This document shows, one piece after another, positions 13,770 through 25,900 of a DNA stretch of 43,666 nucleotides. A program made the position numbers and the translations under genes. The notes under the pieces are model-generated. The model was not told the origin of the DNA. It did no database searches and worked only from the letters and a program-made list of their open reading frames with translations. The first letter of the stretch is position 1. Every line of letters starts with the position of its first letter. Source of the stretch: Phoronis australis (taxonomy: Eukaryota > Animalia > Phoronida); the NCBI GenBank assembly GCA_002633005.1, contig NMRA01000237.1, positions 576,559 to 620,224 of the forward strand, given 5' to 3'.

Positions 13770-13900
13770 TCATCCTTCACTACCGCGGGCCACTTCCTAA
13801 CCATTTCGGACTCTCGAGGAAGTCGAAAAAACGATAAACCCACTTTCCTCGCACCTACATAGTTCGGAAGAGCGGGAACGATGCACTGCAACATAGCGGC
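13770..13900 (-). pseudogene. THAP domain N-terminal remnant (DNA transposon-derived)
   Basis: MLQCIVPALPNYVGARKVGLSFFRLPRESEMVRKWPAVVK matches THAP C-x-VP-x-C...SFFRxP...KW; the second Cys is lost and the domain is truncated. Confidence 0.65.
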
Positions 13901-14315
13901 ATTCACTCTGGAAATGAACCACTGACGTCTCTGCTTTGTTTCACACCTTCCTCACAGGTTAACGCGACACCTCTAGGCAAAGTGAGGTTGACCGTATGCG
14001 AGGCGATGCGGATATAGACCGATTAAGACGGTAAAAGACTAATTAAATCAGGTGGCATTCTCCTTTAATAAGACCAACGTCATTGCACAGCGTGTGTGAT
14101 TTATTCACGTCTTCTATGTGTAGGCCCATAAAATATATTTTGTGGAAAATTCTGACACCAAAACTGAAATACGTATTGAGTAAATAACCTGATGATAGGC
14201 AAATGCGACAATAAAACGAAAAATATGTCAAGTAAATTATTTCACAGAAAAAGGCGAACATAACATAACTTATTCAACAGACAAAGTAGACAAAGGCGAC
14301 AGGACTTGTACTTAC

Positions 14316-14549
14316 CACCACACAGCGGCACGGGGCAGTACTCCCACCTGACGGAAGGATTAGTTGTATAGCACCACGGGGACGGGTCAGGGTGACCGGG
14401 GTTGCGGCAGAAGTTCTCGGGTAAATGCCCTACGATATTGGTGTGTGGGGTCTGGGAATCCCAGCGTTGACAGGTTATACCGGATATTGTTTGATTAATC
14501 GTACCAGAATATCCATACCCAATTGCATCACCCTTACAGTCGCCGTATC
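14316..14549 (-). CDS. Exon 3, kringle domain 2 (absent from the ORF track)
   Basis: Acceptor tttgtag| and donor G|gtaagt; 234 bp, phase 1-1. Reads YGDCKGDAIGYGYSGTINQTISGITCQRWDSQTPHTNIVGHLPENFCRNPGHPDPSPWCYTTNPSVRWEYCPVPLCG. Confidence 0.95.
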
Positions 14550-14587
14550 CTACAAAATTGAACTAATTAGTAAAACGCAGGTGTTAC

Positions 14588-14664
14588 GAGTGGGACATGG
14601 AAGAATCAGACATAATATAGTAATTTGGGAACACGACTCGACACGAATTTTGAAAGTGGTGTCG
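14588..14664 (+). repeat. Dispersed repeat fragment, inverted copy at 18128-18188
   Basis: Blocks CATGGAAGAATCAGACA and AACACGACT..CACGAATTTTGAAA.TGGTGTCG recur as the reverse complement at 18128-18188. Confidence 0.75.
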
Positions 14665-15234
14665 CACTATCATGGGCGACGCACCATAGGGTGCTGGGGG
14701 GGGGAGGGGCTATAGCCCTCGTTTATTTCGGGACTGCACCGTTTATAGTCTATGGGCGGTAGTAGTATAGTAAGTTGTTTTCGTGGCACGTTTTTGCGGG
14801 TCCTAGATCATAAATCCGAAAGCAAAGGTCAAGGTCACGTGTGATGGATGCAACCTCTAAGCCGTTCAAGTTTCACTACTTAACGATTTTCAAAGCTTTT
14901 ATGTTAAAGAATGGCCAAATGCAGTGATGTTTGTGGTGTTGCATATTGAGCAGCATATCATTTATCTATGTTAAAAAAGTGACTTTTAAAAATGTCTTTG
15001 AGCTGCTACCTGTGCTCAGTTGTAAAACCGGCATGGAACAGCACCGTAAGAACATCCATCTGGCAACTGACAAGTGATGGGGCTGGTATCACGGTAGCAG
15101 GGCTGTGCATTCAACAAGACTGAGGAGGAAGTACAAAGTGAGTGGGCCAGAAAATTTGCAGACTTCAAGGAACATTTTCAGTTTGTCTGGTGTGCATGTA
15201 CGGATTGATCCAGGTAAGTTGACACTAGCCACTA

Positions 15235-17281
15235 CAGTGGCGGATCTNATCCGAGGCGCGTGGCGCCGAGCGGGGGGGGCGGAGGTCGGGAGGGGTACAC
15301 CCCCTTCCCGTGTAAGACGACTTTTTTGTTTTTGTAGCCAAATAGTGAAATTTCCATGCATCCTGGTACATTTCTGACACTTAACATGTCCCTGGAGTTT
15401 TTCTTAAGATAATTAAAAACCCTTCTCGATTTCGCCACATGAATTTGGCTCTTAAGTTTCGTGAAACCATATTTGTGCACATCTGGGTATGAGTCACACC
15501 ACCAGCAAAAATTTTTGTTGGAACATCTGCTTACACACACCTTTTAGCGGCATACGAAAAAGTGTGGTGTGTATACAGGGGTTTAGACAACTACCAAATA
15601 TTCAAGAGCATGAAGAGCACCGACGGGGCGTAAAAACTTGAATATCAGATGATCGCAACAGCCTCAAGCTGTTTAAGAACGAAGACCTGTACTGTTAGTC
15701 CGGAAATAAACGTATTCTGCCTCGTTACGAGAAAAACTGGCGAACGATGGTGCTCTCAGCTCATAGTCTATTATTAAAAGCGACAATAAACAATTAAGTA
15801 TCACTTTATTAAGCTGAATCATGTTGACAACAATTGAAAAACGTCAAATGTATCAGGAAACAAATCATCTGAAAACAGTTTCACGAAACCAAAGCACTCT
15901 GTAGGCCTACACCGTGGTGAAAAGATATACAGGAGCAGTTCGCAGAGGGACCAGATGTACACTGAGAGTACACAAAAACTCTGGCCTGGTCCGTCACGAG
16001 ACCAAAAGTACACCTGTGCTTATTATCCCTATAAAAGTAGTCGATCTGTCNAGACATCTTCCACGTAACGCTTGCACTTCGTCAACTGCTGTGTCAATGA
16101 ACTTTTACGCCTCCACAATGTCAGCATCTCGTTTCACAACTCAGTTGGCACTAAGCCCCCTGAGGTTACCAAGTCCATTCAAAAGACTTACAGCTTGCGC
16201 AACTAAATTTGATCCGTTCATCATGGACTACTTCAAACCTTGACGATGTATCCCAGGACCCATTTACATCTCTTGCAATTTTCGAAATAAACGTCCCAAT
16301 GTCTGAACGCTTGAAACCCGAAGTACTAACATCAAATAAATGCCCATGGGCATGGGCGTTTCGTCGGGTGGGGCTTTCTGCGGAAATTCCCAAGAATAGA
16401 AAACGGCAGTGGTGCTTATTGCAGGTAGAAAGACGGTAGGTGTTGAGGTCGGCACTAGGGCTCCTTAGGGGGCCCATTGAACATCGCACGAGTCTGCAAG
16501 ACTTTGTTGTGAAAACGCAGCCTCCCCGCAATTTCTGGTACTGTACACTGTTCGCGAATGCGGTCATTTCGTCAATGTGAGTGCCCCCTTGGTCATTCCT
16601 TGTATAGACATAACTTGTTAGAGTGCATCTTCAAACAGACTCGCGACCAGACCACAACGCCCGCCACAAGCAATTCTTTGGAAAACGAGTTTTTTCAAAA
16701 GTATTACATGTACATGTACACTGTATGATATTGCGCAAGACAACTTTACTATACACCAGTCAAATTCGAGTTACAAACGTGTGGGGTGTAATAGGATGAC
16801 ACGGCATGACATGAGGTAAAAACGTTGCACGTCAATTCGCCTGAATGTCAGAGTTGCGGCACCACAGTATTTCCCCTAATCAAACCAAAACATACCTTAG
16901 ACTAAAGAAGCTAGTTACCTAACGAAATCAGTTATAGAACTGCTCTTTCAGCGGTGGATCTATCAAAAAGGCTTGGCTACTTCAGAAGTGTCGACGGAAG
17001 CGCGCGCACAATTGATCTCCGGGCTTTTGCCGATGAGCCACGAAGACTCGAAACGCGTTGATTTTCATAACAGCAATTCACAATGCAAAAAATATATTTT
17101 CAGATTGAACTCCCCCCCTTCCCCCTCATTTTTTCCAAATTGGTTTACTTCGGGTTTACACACTCCCGTTGGCGGTGCCGTTTTTGTTTTGCTGGAGACG
17201 TTTTTTTTTTTTTAATTTTTGGGTCCTCGCCCGAGGGGGGGGGGTTTAAACCCCCTGAACCCCCCCGTAGATCCGCCACTG
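15235..17281 (-). mobile_element. Internally deleted hAT transposon with 5-bp TSD (hAT5-like)
   Basis: 13-bp TIRs CAGTGGCGGATCT / AGATCCGCCACTG and exact flanking CACTA/CACTA. Minus-strand remnant at ~16060-16210, LVAQAVSLLNGLGNLRGLSAN*VVKRDADIVEA*KFIDTAVDEVQALR, resembles the hAT helical insertion region. Contains two N bases. Confidence 0.8.
16277..16436 (-). mobile_element. Truncated pogo/Tc2-type MITE nested in the hAT element
   Basis: TA|CCGTCTTTC terminus; body homologous to the 29389-29715 element (CCCATGGGC.TTTATTTG.TGTT...ACTTC.GGT.TCAAG...CGTTTATT(T)CGAAAATT). Confidence 0.65.
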
Positions 17282-18127
17282 CACTATACTGGTAAATCTG
17301 GACTATAAGTTTTGACATGTTTTGTACTGCTGCCAAATTCTCGAATTTTGAGCATTTATTTTTATAGGATGTAGCAACATGTTCCAACCCCGTCTTGCAA
17401 ACCACGGCCTACTTATTTTGATCTGTTAGAGCACACTAGTACCTCTAGTTGATCTAGTATACACCTTGCGCACGTGATAACCTGCTGCACTGACAAGGTT
17501 CACTATAAATGACTCGTATGATTACTCGCTGCTTCGCATTCCGACAATGAATGGTCCCGACTGAAGGTCAAGCAACAGCCAATCACAGCGATCGACACTC
17601 GTGTCACGAAGTGGCCAGATTTGGAACCTCGCCAGAATTCTGGTGCATCTATATTTTGACTTGCGTTGCACCAATGTTACCATGATACTGTAATGATGAA
17701 CGTGCTACTCCGTTTTGTACCTAAGGTGTATGCAGAGTTATTGTCCAATTCCTTGGTTTCTAGCTAAACTATTTGGAATACAAAAACGCAGTTACATGCA
17801 ACGTGTAACATAGAAAAGTGTTAACTGCTGAAACTCGGACGGCTTATGCGTCCCCTTTTGACATTGTTTATCTCAGCAAAACAGCGTCTTCCGCCTTCAC
17901 AAGAATTTGAACTTTGGACGAAAAAACTGCTTATCCACGGAAAGAAATGTAGGGTTAAAATTTTAAAAGGTGTTTGAATCTATAATTATCGTATTATATT
18001 CGATAGTGCGTAGGAGATTGACGAGACCCCCATGTGGGGAATTGCTTGTTTTTTTGTATTTACAGAGAGAGTCTTGACGCAACAAATTTTCACTTTCTGG
18101 AGTTAGATCAATCCAAGAGATAATAAC

Positions 18128-18188
18128 ACGACACCAATTTCAAAATTCGTGACAAGTCGTGTTGTCTGATTCTTCCATGCAGGCACTC
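18128..18188 (-). repeat. Dispersed repeat fragment, inverted copy of 14588-14664
   Basis: Reverse-complement match, lacking a ~17-bp segment present in the other copy. Confidence 0.75.
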
Positions 18189-20721
18189 TTAAAAAGCATT
18201 TTAGTTCAGTAACAGATAATAGCACTCTGTGCCATTTCCACATAAGTGGTTCGTGGTGCTATCTTGTGACTGTCATTTTCATGGTTAACTTTTAATTTGA
18301 AAACTACTCCATTAATTAACACTGCTCAAACATTTAACCGTTTTCGTCCAATTATTGATGTGCTCTGCTATAAGCGTAACGGTAGGCCAATCGATAAATA
18401 CACATGTACTTGTTATTATCCCACATATGTGTCAATACTGCCATCGAATACCTTGTCAAATACGCTATTTTAAAACACGGCGAAGTGCAGCCAATCCGTA
18501 CACAGCGTTAGAGGCCGTATTTCACGGTTGGTGTACAACTCCTGGAAGAGTAAATTCGCGTGGAAGACGATAAATCAGATTGCGTTCGTTCATTTGGGTT
18601 ACCTAAAACATTGATCCAAGGGTTCGTTCCTGAAAAAGCAGTTTCACTGCTCTAAAAACAGTAAAAATTCCGACGCACGATGACCAGACACGTTTTTAGG
18701 CCTCTGTGGTCTCAATCTGGGTCATCATAAATAAGCCGATTGCTGCCCCTACAAAATCAACCAAAAATCTAATACAAATCAAACAAAGAGTTTTGTTATT
18801 GATGGATACAGTATATCTGCACTGGGAACTAGGATGTTTACAGGAAGTTGCAACCTACTATCGAGTAATGCGTTTTGTGCTGACCCTACAGTCTGCTCGC
18901 AGCGTTCTTTGCCGACCCTCCGTCGCTGATAGCGCAAAATCTGCTTTTTGCGATACAATTCTTACCTCAACTTCTTCGAATCAGCAGAGTTCTTTTTCAG
19001 TGTTGTGATCAACACGGGGGAAAGTTCAATTGATATTTCCATTCCATAAGCTAAGACACGGAAATAGACCAGGGCGCAGGAATAACCAGGATTTCGCCTC
19101 ATGTGCGCACCCAGCCTAAGATGTAAGGATGTAGGGGTCTCGAATTTTTGGGTTTGTGGACATTATTACAAAAAAAAACAACAAAAACGGGGTTTGCTCA
19201 AGGCCTATGCAGTGGGCATTCGTTCCCCGAGTCCCCCTGGGTGCGCGCATATACGAGTCAGCAATTCGCACAAATGGCATCTGGGAGAATTTTTTTGCTC
19301 CCTTATATTTGTGTTATGTTGGGGGAAATTTGGGTTTCAAAGAATATGAAAATTGTTGTAAAATGTCTCTGGGACTTGGTATACTCTAATGCTTCGATTT
19401 TGAGTGGATGTGGCAGATACCCTAGATCTGTATACGAGATACTTTGTTTTGCATTAAATTTAATATACCACAGGAACGATACACAAGGGCCGCTTAGGAA
19501 TGTTATACGCGCTGGTTGAAAATGGGAGATATCTTGTATGCTCTGTCCGCCACTTATTGTAAATGTGTATATGGCATCTCTGGTGTTTGAATGAACCAGG
19601 GAGTCGTATGCCAAAAGACATCTGTGGATATTTTCTCGCAGCGTGTTAAGGACTGTGCTTTGCACAGATGTTGATTCATTTTAATTCTAAGGTGAACCAT
19701 TATAAAAACTTTAATGTGGATTTTGATCTGGATAACTAGCTAGAAACTGATTGATTTCCAAGAGTGTTTGTGCAATGTTTTACACGTCTTGGCAAACTAC
19801 ACAATGGTAGTGGAAGCCAGCCGCCATTTAAGGTTACGTAGAACCCTAGAACATGTCCGATTTGGGCCAGCTTTGGAAGATCATATCTTAGAAGTGGCTT
19901 ACCTGATTCATTTGATACTCTGCTTTATACACTTTTTTTCCAAAACGTTGTTAAGATTTTTTTAAATGTTTCACTTCTGCATAGTGAGCTACCAAAAATA
20001 ATAGTACTTACACGAGTTTTACAAAAAAATGCGTGAAACGAAAACAAAGTGATAACTTAGAAAGCTGTAATACCGTGTTTATCTTGAACATTTATATCAT
20101 ACAAAATTTGGTCATGCTATTGATCCTGTTGTTTTGCTATGACCTTTCCTTTCTTTTTTGCTAAAATTTCCTAAGAAAGTGACATAACTAGTGGCAGATT
20201 AGCATAAAGTCAAAATTCAAACTCTACTCAATATCCACTTTCAGAAAATATACTTTCTCTGCGTTAAAATCTATAGTTTTGTAGATATTTGTCTGGATGT
20301 ACAGACTTTTAGAAACCACAAGGTCCTACCTTAGCATAAATTTGAAATATAAAGACGGAGAGAATGTAACGTGCTCGTGGAGAGAATGAACACCTTTTTT
20401 AGTTTGCGACGCTTTCTGTCAAATCAGAGCGAAGATTTTTGAAAAGTGAGTGTATAATTATCAGCAATCCCTTCTCTATTTAAATTTTATAACTTTGCAA
20501 GTGAACCTGACATCTCAAATGTAGAATATTTGTATTCTGCCTCCAAAATTAGGACCACCTTGCATGCTGCTAACTAGTGTGCATACCACTTTTTTATATC
20601 TTGTACTGTGGGACGACGGTCATGCGTAAATATAAATCATTTCGTTATGTATGAAACTTCACCATTTATCAGTGAACGCTCACGCAGTACCGCTGATATT
20701 TGCTTGCGCGATTCTTCTCAC

Positions 20722-20958
20722 CTATACAGAACGGGATGTCACAGTACTCTTTTTCCACACTCGGATCAGTTGTGTAGCACCATGGTCCCGTATCACTGTT
20801 TGGATTCCTGCAGTAATTCGCATGCGATGAGCCCAAACTCACCGAATGCCCGTGAGGAAATTGCGAATCCCACCGCTGACACGTCTTCCCTGACGTTGTC
20901 TCTGACATAGTTCCGCTGTATTTCTCGCCAGATGGAACGTATTTACATTCACGTCCTC
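20722..20958 (-). CDS. Exon 2, kringle domain 1
   Basis: Acceptor ttttag| and donor G|gtgag; 237 bp, phase 1-1. Reads GRECKYVPSGEKYSGTMSETTSGKTCQRWDSQFPHGH...NYCRNPNSDTGPWCYTTDPSVEKEYCDIPFC, with six Cys and the kringle signatures. Confidence 0.95.
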
Positions 20959-21224
20959 CTAAAAATAATAATGACAGTACAAACAATGTTTTGCATGAAC
21001 TAAATCGTTCTCTCCCCAACCGAATGAATCACACACGACAACACCGAACGTACGAACAAAATAATGCATACGAGGTGCAAAAGCAACTGCATTATTTTTA
21101 TAACTTATTAAAATTTTATTTAACCAGACAATTACTAAATGAAATACAGTTTACCAGGAAAGTGATTCATTATACCCAGGTAATATCATTACATGAAATA
21201 CCTATCAAATAATAAATATGAAAT

Positions 21225-22900
21225 ACTTTTACAAGTGTCCATTTTCTTTAAAAGTTTTCTCTCATCTGCAGGCGAATTTTGAATGTCACAGACTTCCACC
21301 TGGGTTCTTGACTCAATTTGAGGATATGACTGGTAAGGTTCAACATGACATTTGCTGAGGAAGTATTTAAGAAACATTTCGGCATTTTCCAGATTGGTTG
21401 TGGCAGTCTCACCAGTATCACCAAGCTTAAGACAGCAAAATTAGTACATTTTGATTTACCTGGAATTTCTTTAACAAATCTCCAATACGCCTTGATATCC
21501 TCTGGTTTAGTTGAAATAGGTCTAATAAGATGTTCTTTGGTGCTTTCGCTAGATAACTTCAAGAGGTTTGTAGGAGTGAAGCGACTATTGTTCGTCTGAT
21601 ATGGGCTCGTGCGAGCGTAGTTTCAGCCCGATGATTCACTAGCTCTGGCGTACAGTTGCCTGGGCCCGGTCTCCAATCTTTTTACTCGAAATAAAACTCG
21701 AAATTAGGTTTGGCATTTTCTACTCTACTTTTGGGCGAACTCAAGATAAGTGTCTATTATTCTATGCTCAAGTACACAATAACTTACGTAGATAAATTAT
21801 TGCCCTTAGTTCACAGTTTGTAAACCCAATATTAAAGCAATAAGTTCGAGTTTGAACTCGAAATTTCGAGTTTTAACTCGAGTTTGTAGCACGAATATAA
21901 GGGTCTTCAAGGGCAAACTTGAACTAGAAACTCCTATGCATAAACTATAATGTATTCGAGCACAGTCTCATAACCAATTATCTTAAGTTCGCACAAAAGG
22001 AGCAGAGAAATTGCCAAAAATAGTTTTGAGTTCGTTTCGAGTACAAAGATTAGAGACCGGGCCCTGGTCCCATTCAGTAACAAGGGTATCTCAATACACT
22101 GTCCATTGCATAATTCTAAAAGCGAAGATGTTAAACCATGGCCCGATATGTAGAGAACGCTGGGCAACAGATACAAACTTTGTCGAATTCAAGAGACCAC
22201 TTGTGCCGGGTTTTTCAAACGTAGCAGTAAGAGGAGCGAAATAGCTATCTTGTTGTCTGACTTCACGTTAATGTCTATTTGGATGTTTAACGATGACGTA
22301 CCTGCCACTAATATTAAACGATTTGGACTGTTACAAGAACACAGGACCATTACAGTGGCTTACAAAGATGATTAGTAGTGTGAATTTGGTGTATGGTCAA
22401 ATTAACATAGGTTACATATTGTCGTTCTTATTAATGTACACCATTGCTTTTACAGTAGGCCTAACGACAGTCTACCACCGGCCGTTTCAGTTGCGATCGA
22501 GCGCACGACTTTTAATAAAATGCTCGGCTCTCAGGTTTTTGCTGTCATTCATGATTTACTTCATCAAACAATACGAGGTAATACAATTCATATTGTTGTA
22601 CGATGAATTTCTCTTGCTTTGTGCGTCTTTACAAAGGAGGTCTATGCTGTGTTGGAATTCCCTATGTAGTATATTAATCTCTTCATTGATCCATTCTTCT
22701 CTTGTTGTGTGATGTACTGGTTTAATAGATTACGAATTAACGGCATTAACAGTGGAAGCGTAACTTCTGTTGTATGTGCTCTTATTACCAAGAAATTTAG
22801 AAATGAACAACTTTAAACAAGCCAACACCTCAACAACATCCAATTGTGAAGGACAAAACGGGTGACACGTCACTTAAATCTTGTCTAAAGTCGTATCCAC
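21225..22900 (-). mobile_element. Decayed LINE ORF2 fragment (CR1/L2-group-like endonuclease-to-RT linker), interrupted by a MITE
   Basis: HRPP (YRPP-like) near 22635, PWF near 22135, then KAYWRFVKEI...GETATTNLENAEMFLKYFLSKC...KLLKKMDTCKS, ending just before the expected GPD/RT start. Heavily mutated. Confidence 0.65.
21663..22063 (-). mobile_element. PIF/Harbinger-type MITE, copy 2 (401 bp, inverted relative to copy 1)
   Basis: Same TIRs, TSD CTG/CTG; about 12 substitutions versus copy 1 by manual count. Confidence 0.9.
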
Positions 22901-22985
22901 ATTAGCAAATCAATATATGCGTTGATGAAAGACGAATTCCGGTTGTATTAAACAGTCCCAAAAGGTACTCAACTGTGTTCCCAAA

Positions 22986-25900
22986 TAGTCGGTGGGCCAG
23001 ATCTCGTAGCGTTCATCCTTGTGAGTACTTTGGGGGGGGCAACCTAGTTTTTTCTATGTGGCTAGATAATATACCTATAAATCAAATTCCAAAAAGTTCC
23101 CACGTCTACACTTGCACATTTTTGTAAAAAAAGGTGTTTTTGTTGCACAAAATATGATGCACATTCCTGCCACTTGATGGCGCTTTTCTATTGAATTGAC
23201 CAATCAGAGAGCCAGATTTTATTGTTGTGCTTAGTTACTTCAATATGGCTGCTCCCATGGAGTGTGATGCCTGTATAATTCAAGGTTTATCAAACAGCAC
23301 AAAATTGTGATGTCAGAGCCTAAAGAAGCTTAAGAAAGCTTCCTGACGAAATCTGATTGACTGTGGAACTCTGTAGATCAGTAGATCAAAAAGCAGAAGA
23401 GGTGTCACAAACGTTTGTGCAGAAAACAGCTGCATGTCCTGGTAGCCTACACAGTATACTGCTGAGTGCTGTAGACTAGAAGACCAAGTGTCAGACCAAA
23501 AAATTGAAAGGACATAGAACGGCATAGCAACGTTTCAAGGCACCAACAGTAGTACTAAAGCTGAAGTTGCTGAAAGTGATGCAGATGTTATCCAAGATTT
23601 CCCAAGAAAATCAATTATACTTCCAAAATCTGAAACACCCAATTAACCTGAACAAGATAGGAACATTCTGAAACATGAGTGCATCATTTGTTAGCAGGAA
23701 AAGTACATTATGGGCCACATTTCAAGAAAGAGAAAGAAGTATAGCTTTCAAAAACAGGTACGTGTTTTTTAAAAATACATCTTGGTGTTTTCCATGTGTG
23801 TTTCAGTATTATCACCAGTTGTTTTTTAACTTGTTCAGCCCCTTGGCTGCCTAGGCCTTAGACAATACTGCTGACCCAGTAGAGACGATGATCATACCAT
23901 AGGTACTTCATATGCCGGATACTTTTCGGCAAATTATGTTCCTATAAGTTTAGAAGTACCGCGTAGAGAGATGCCTCTGAGGAGGTCGTTAATGTTTTCA
24001 TTTGTTCCCAGTTTAAACAAATACTCCTGCAATCCTGTTTTTCGAACACTCCATTCAGTTGCCACATCGACACTGCTTGCGCTAAGGGATAATCCTATGG
24101 CGTTATACTGTGGGTGTGATTTTAAAGCACTTTAAGTCAAAAATTTTTGAGAAGGTTAAATGGAGTAGATAGTTGCAAACAACATGCCCAAGTGGCCGTC
24201 ATCCCCTGCCGTAGTCTCAATTTTTTGTAAACATTAATTACTTAGGTAGCAGCTGCAATGATAATTAAATTAAAGTGCCTAAGTGGCCATCGTCGCCGTC
24301 GAAATTTGAGGACGATGGAAGCCACTGTCCATTTCGTCAAACGTCGATTACCTTAAGTGTAAATCGATTGACTATGGTTTGAGCATCTGATTTAAAAAAA
24401 ATAAATTTCAATCACTGCACAGGTATATCAGCTGATTTATTTTCAGCTGCATCTACTGATCTAATTATTAGACGATCAACATTATTAGGCTACAGATCAA
24501 ACGGCATGTAAATTTGTTAGGCTGGTGGTGGATCAGCTCCTGATACGTCCGTCTGAAAAAGTTGCATGCCAACTCACTCATAGTTGAATGTTAAATTAGT
24601 GTTAACAGTTCGGGTTTTTTTCAGTTGGACTTGTATCGCAAGCAACAGCTCAGTCCAGAGCCCTGAATATGCAAATGAAATTCAAAGATAAAGACCTTGT
24701 GTCTTAGAAGCCAAGTACCACAGATCATCATGCTGTAAAAAAGAGAAAGACAAAGATTGTGGAGAGTGACGAATCCCCAGTTTTCAGAGATGTTTTTCTA
24801 CAGTTTTGTTTGGAGTTCATTGAATCAAAGCTTCTAGCACATGGAGATGTCATTTGCCTTTCAAAAATAAAGCAAGACTTTGAAGCTGTTCTTCAGAAAG
24901 CTGGTGTGCATGAAGTTATTTGGACAGGCAATCTTAAGAAATATTGTTGAAGCTACTCACTGTTGTAGTTTGTGCCTGACTAAGAGATACGAAAGTGAAT
25001 TGAGGCTAGTGTTCAATAATTCACTTGCTGACTCTAATTAACACAGCCCATTGTAACATATTTTGAATCAAACGTTTGCCCAAATAGTGCCCGCCTCCAA
25101 ACAAGGACTTAGTGTTTGACCCTTCATTGCCTGCGGGCTAATCACCAGTGTGCAGTGCTGTACCCTCTCTAATCGACCATAGTTGGCTCCTTGGCGGTGG
25201 AGCTTTGCAGTTAATATGTATGGCAATGACCGCATCTCCATTGACAGTACTAAACGATGAACGCTGCAAGTGCAAAAAGAACATGTGTGCTGGGAAACTG
25301 AGTTTGTGCTGCAATGCTGGGTCAAACTGTACAGAAATGTGCAGCTGTGACAACTGTAGTAACATCAGCAACACTGACTGCATAACATTGGATAGTTCTT
25401 TGACAGGCCAACCCTAAATAGACCTCCAACCCCGTTATTTCCTTTTTTGTATTAAAAAGTTAATTTTATTTGTTGATTAAGTCATAGAAAGTACATACTT
25501 TGATCATTGTCATGTATTTGTCTCATACTGCTTAATAAACGCTGTCAGAATAATCTATTTTAATACAGTCTTTGTGCACATTCACAGAGATCATTCAACT
25601 ATATTGTTTTTGTACTATAACATATTTCTGGTGTATTATGCAAACAAGCTGTATTTTACACCATTAGTCAATGTTTTAGTCATTGAGGCACAAATTTTGC
25701 CCAGTCTCAAGTGTTTTGTGTTATTTTTGTTGCCTGACAATGCCAGAATAACTTCCTAGAAACATTCAGACTTAGTTTGTATTTTTGCCACTAGGTGTCT
25801 CTTTACGTTTTTTAAATTTCACTGTTTACAATTAATTTACAATAGTAAAACATGTAATGTGAGTGTAATATTGTTCAATACAATGGCACTGATGGGACCA

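Noticed and set aside
14538-14549. GYGD as the missing K+ channel selectivity filter
   Set aside because: It is the spliced start of kringle 2, with no pore helix context.
15230-17286. CACTA/EnSpm element
   Set aside because: CACTA occurs as a direct repeat outside the TIRs (a TSD), and the internal remnant is hAT-like.
17453-17734. MITE with ATACACCTT...AAGGTGTAT ends
   Set aside because: Only a 9-bp inverted match and no TSD; plausible but unsupported.
20669-21019. Single-exon secreted kringle protein as given by the ORF track
   Set aside because: The apparent hydrophobic leader is the translated polypyrimidine tract; consensus splice sites bound the domain.
10941-22066. Composite transposon or inversion that moved both kringle exons
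   Set aside because: Each MITE has its own TSD, the outer flanks (CAG, CTG) are not direct repeats, the LINE remnant continues across copy 2, and exon orientation is consistent.
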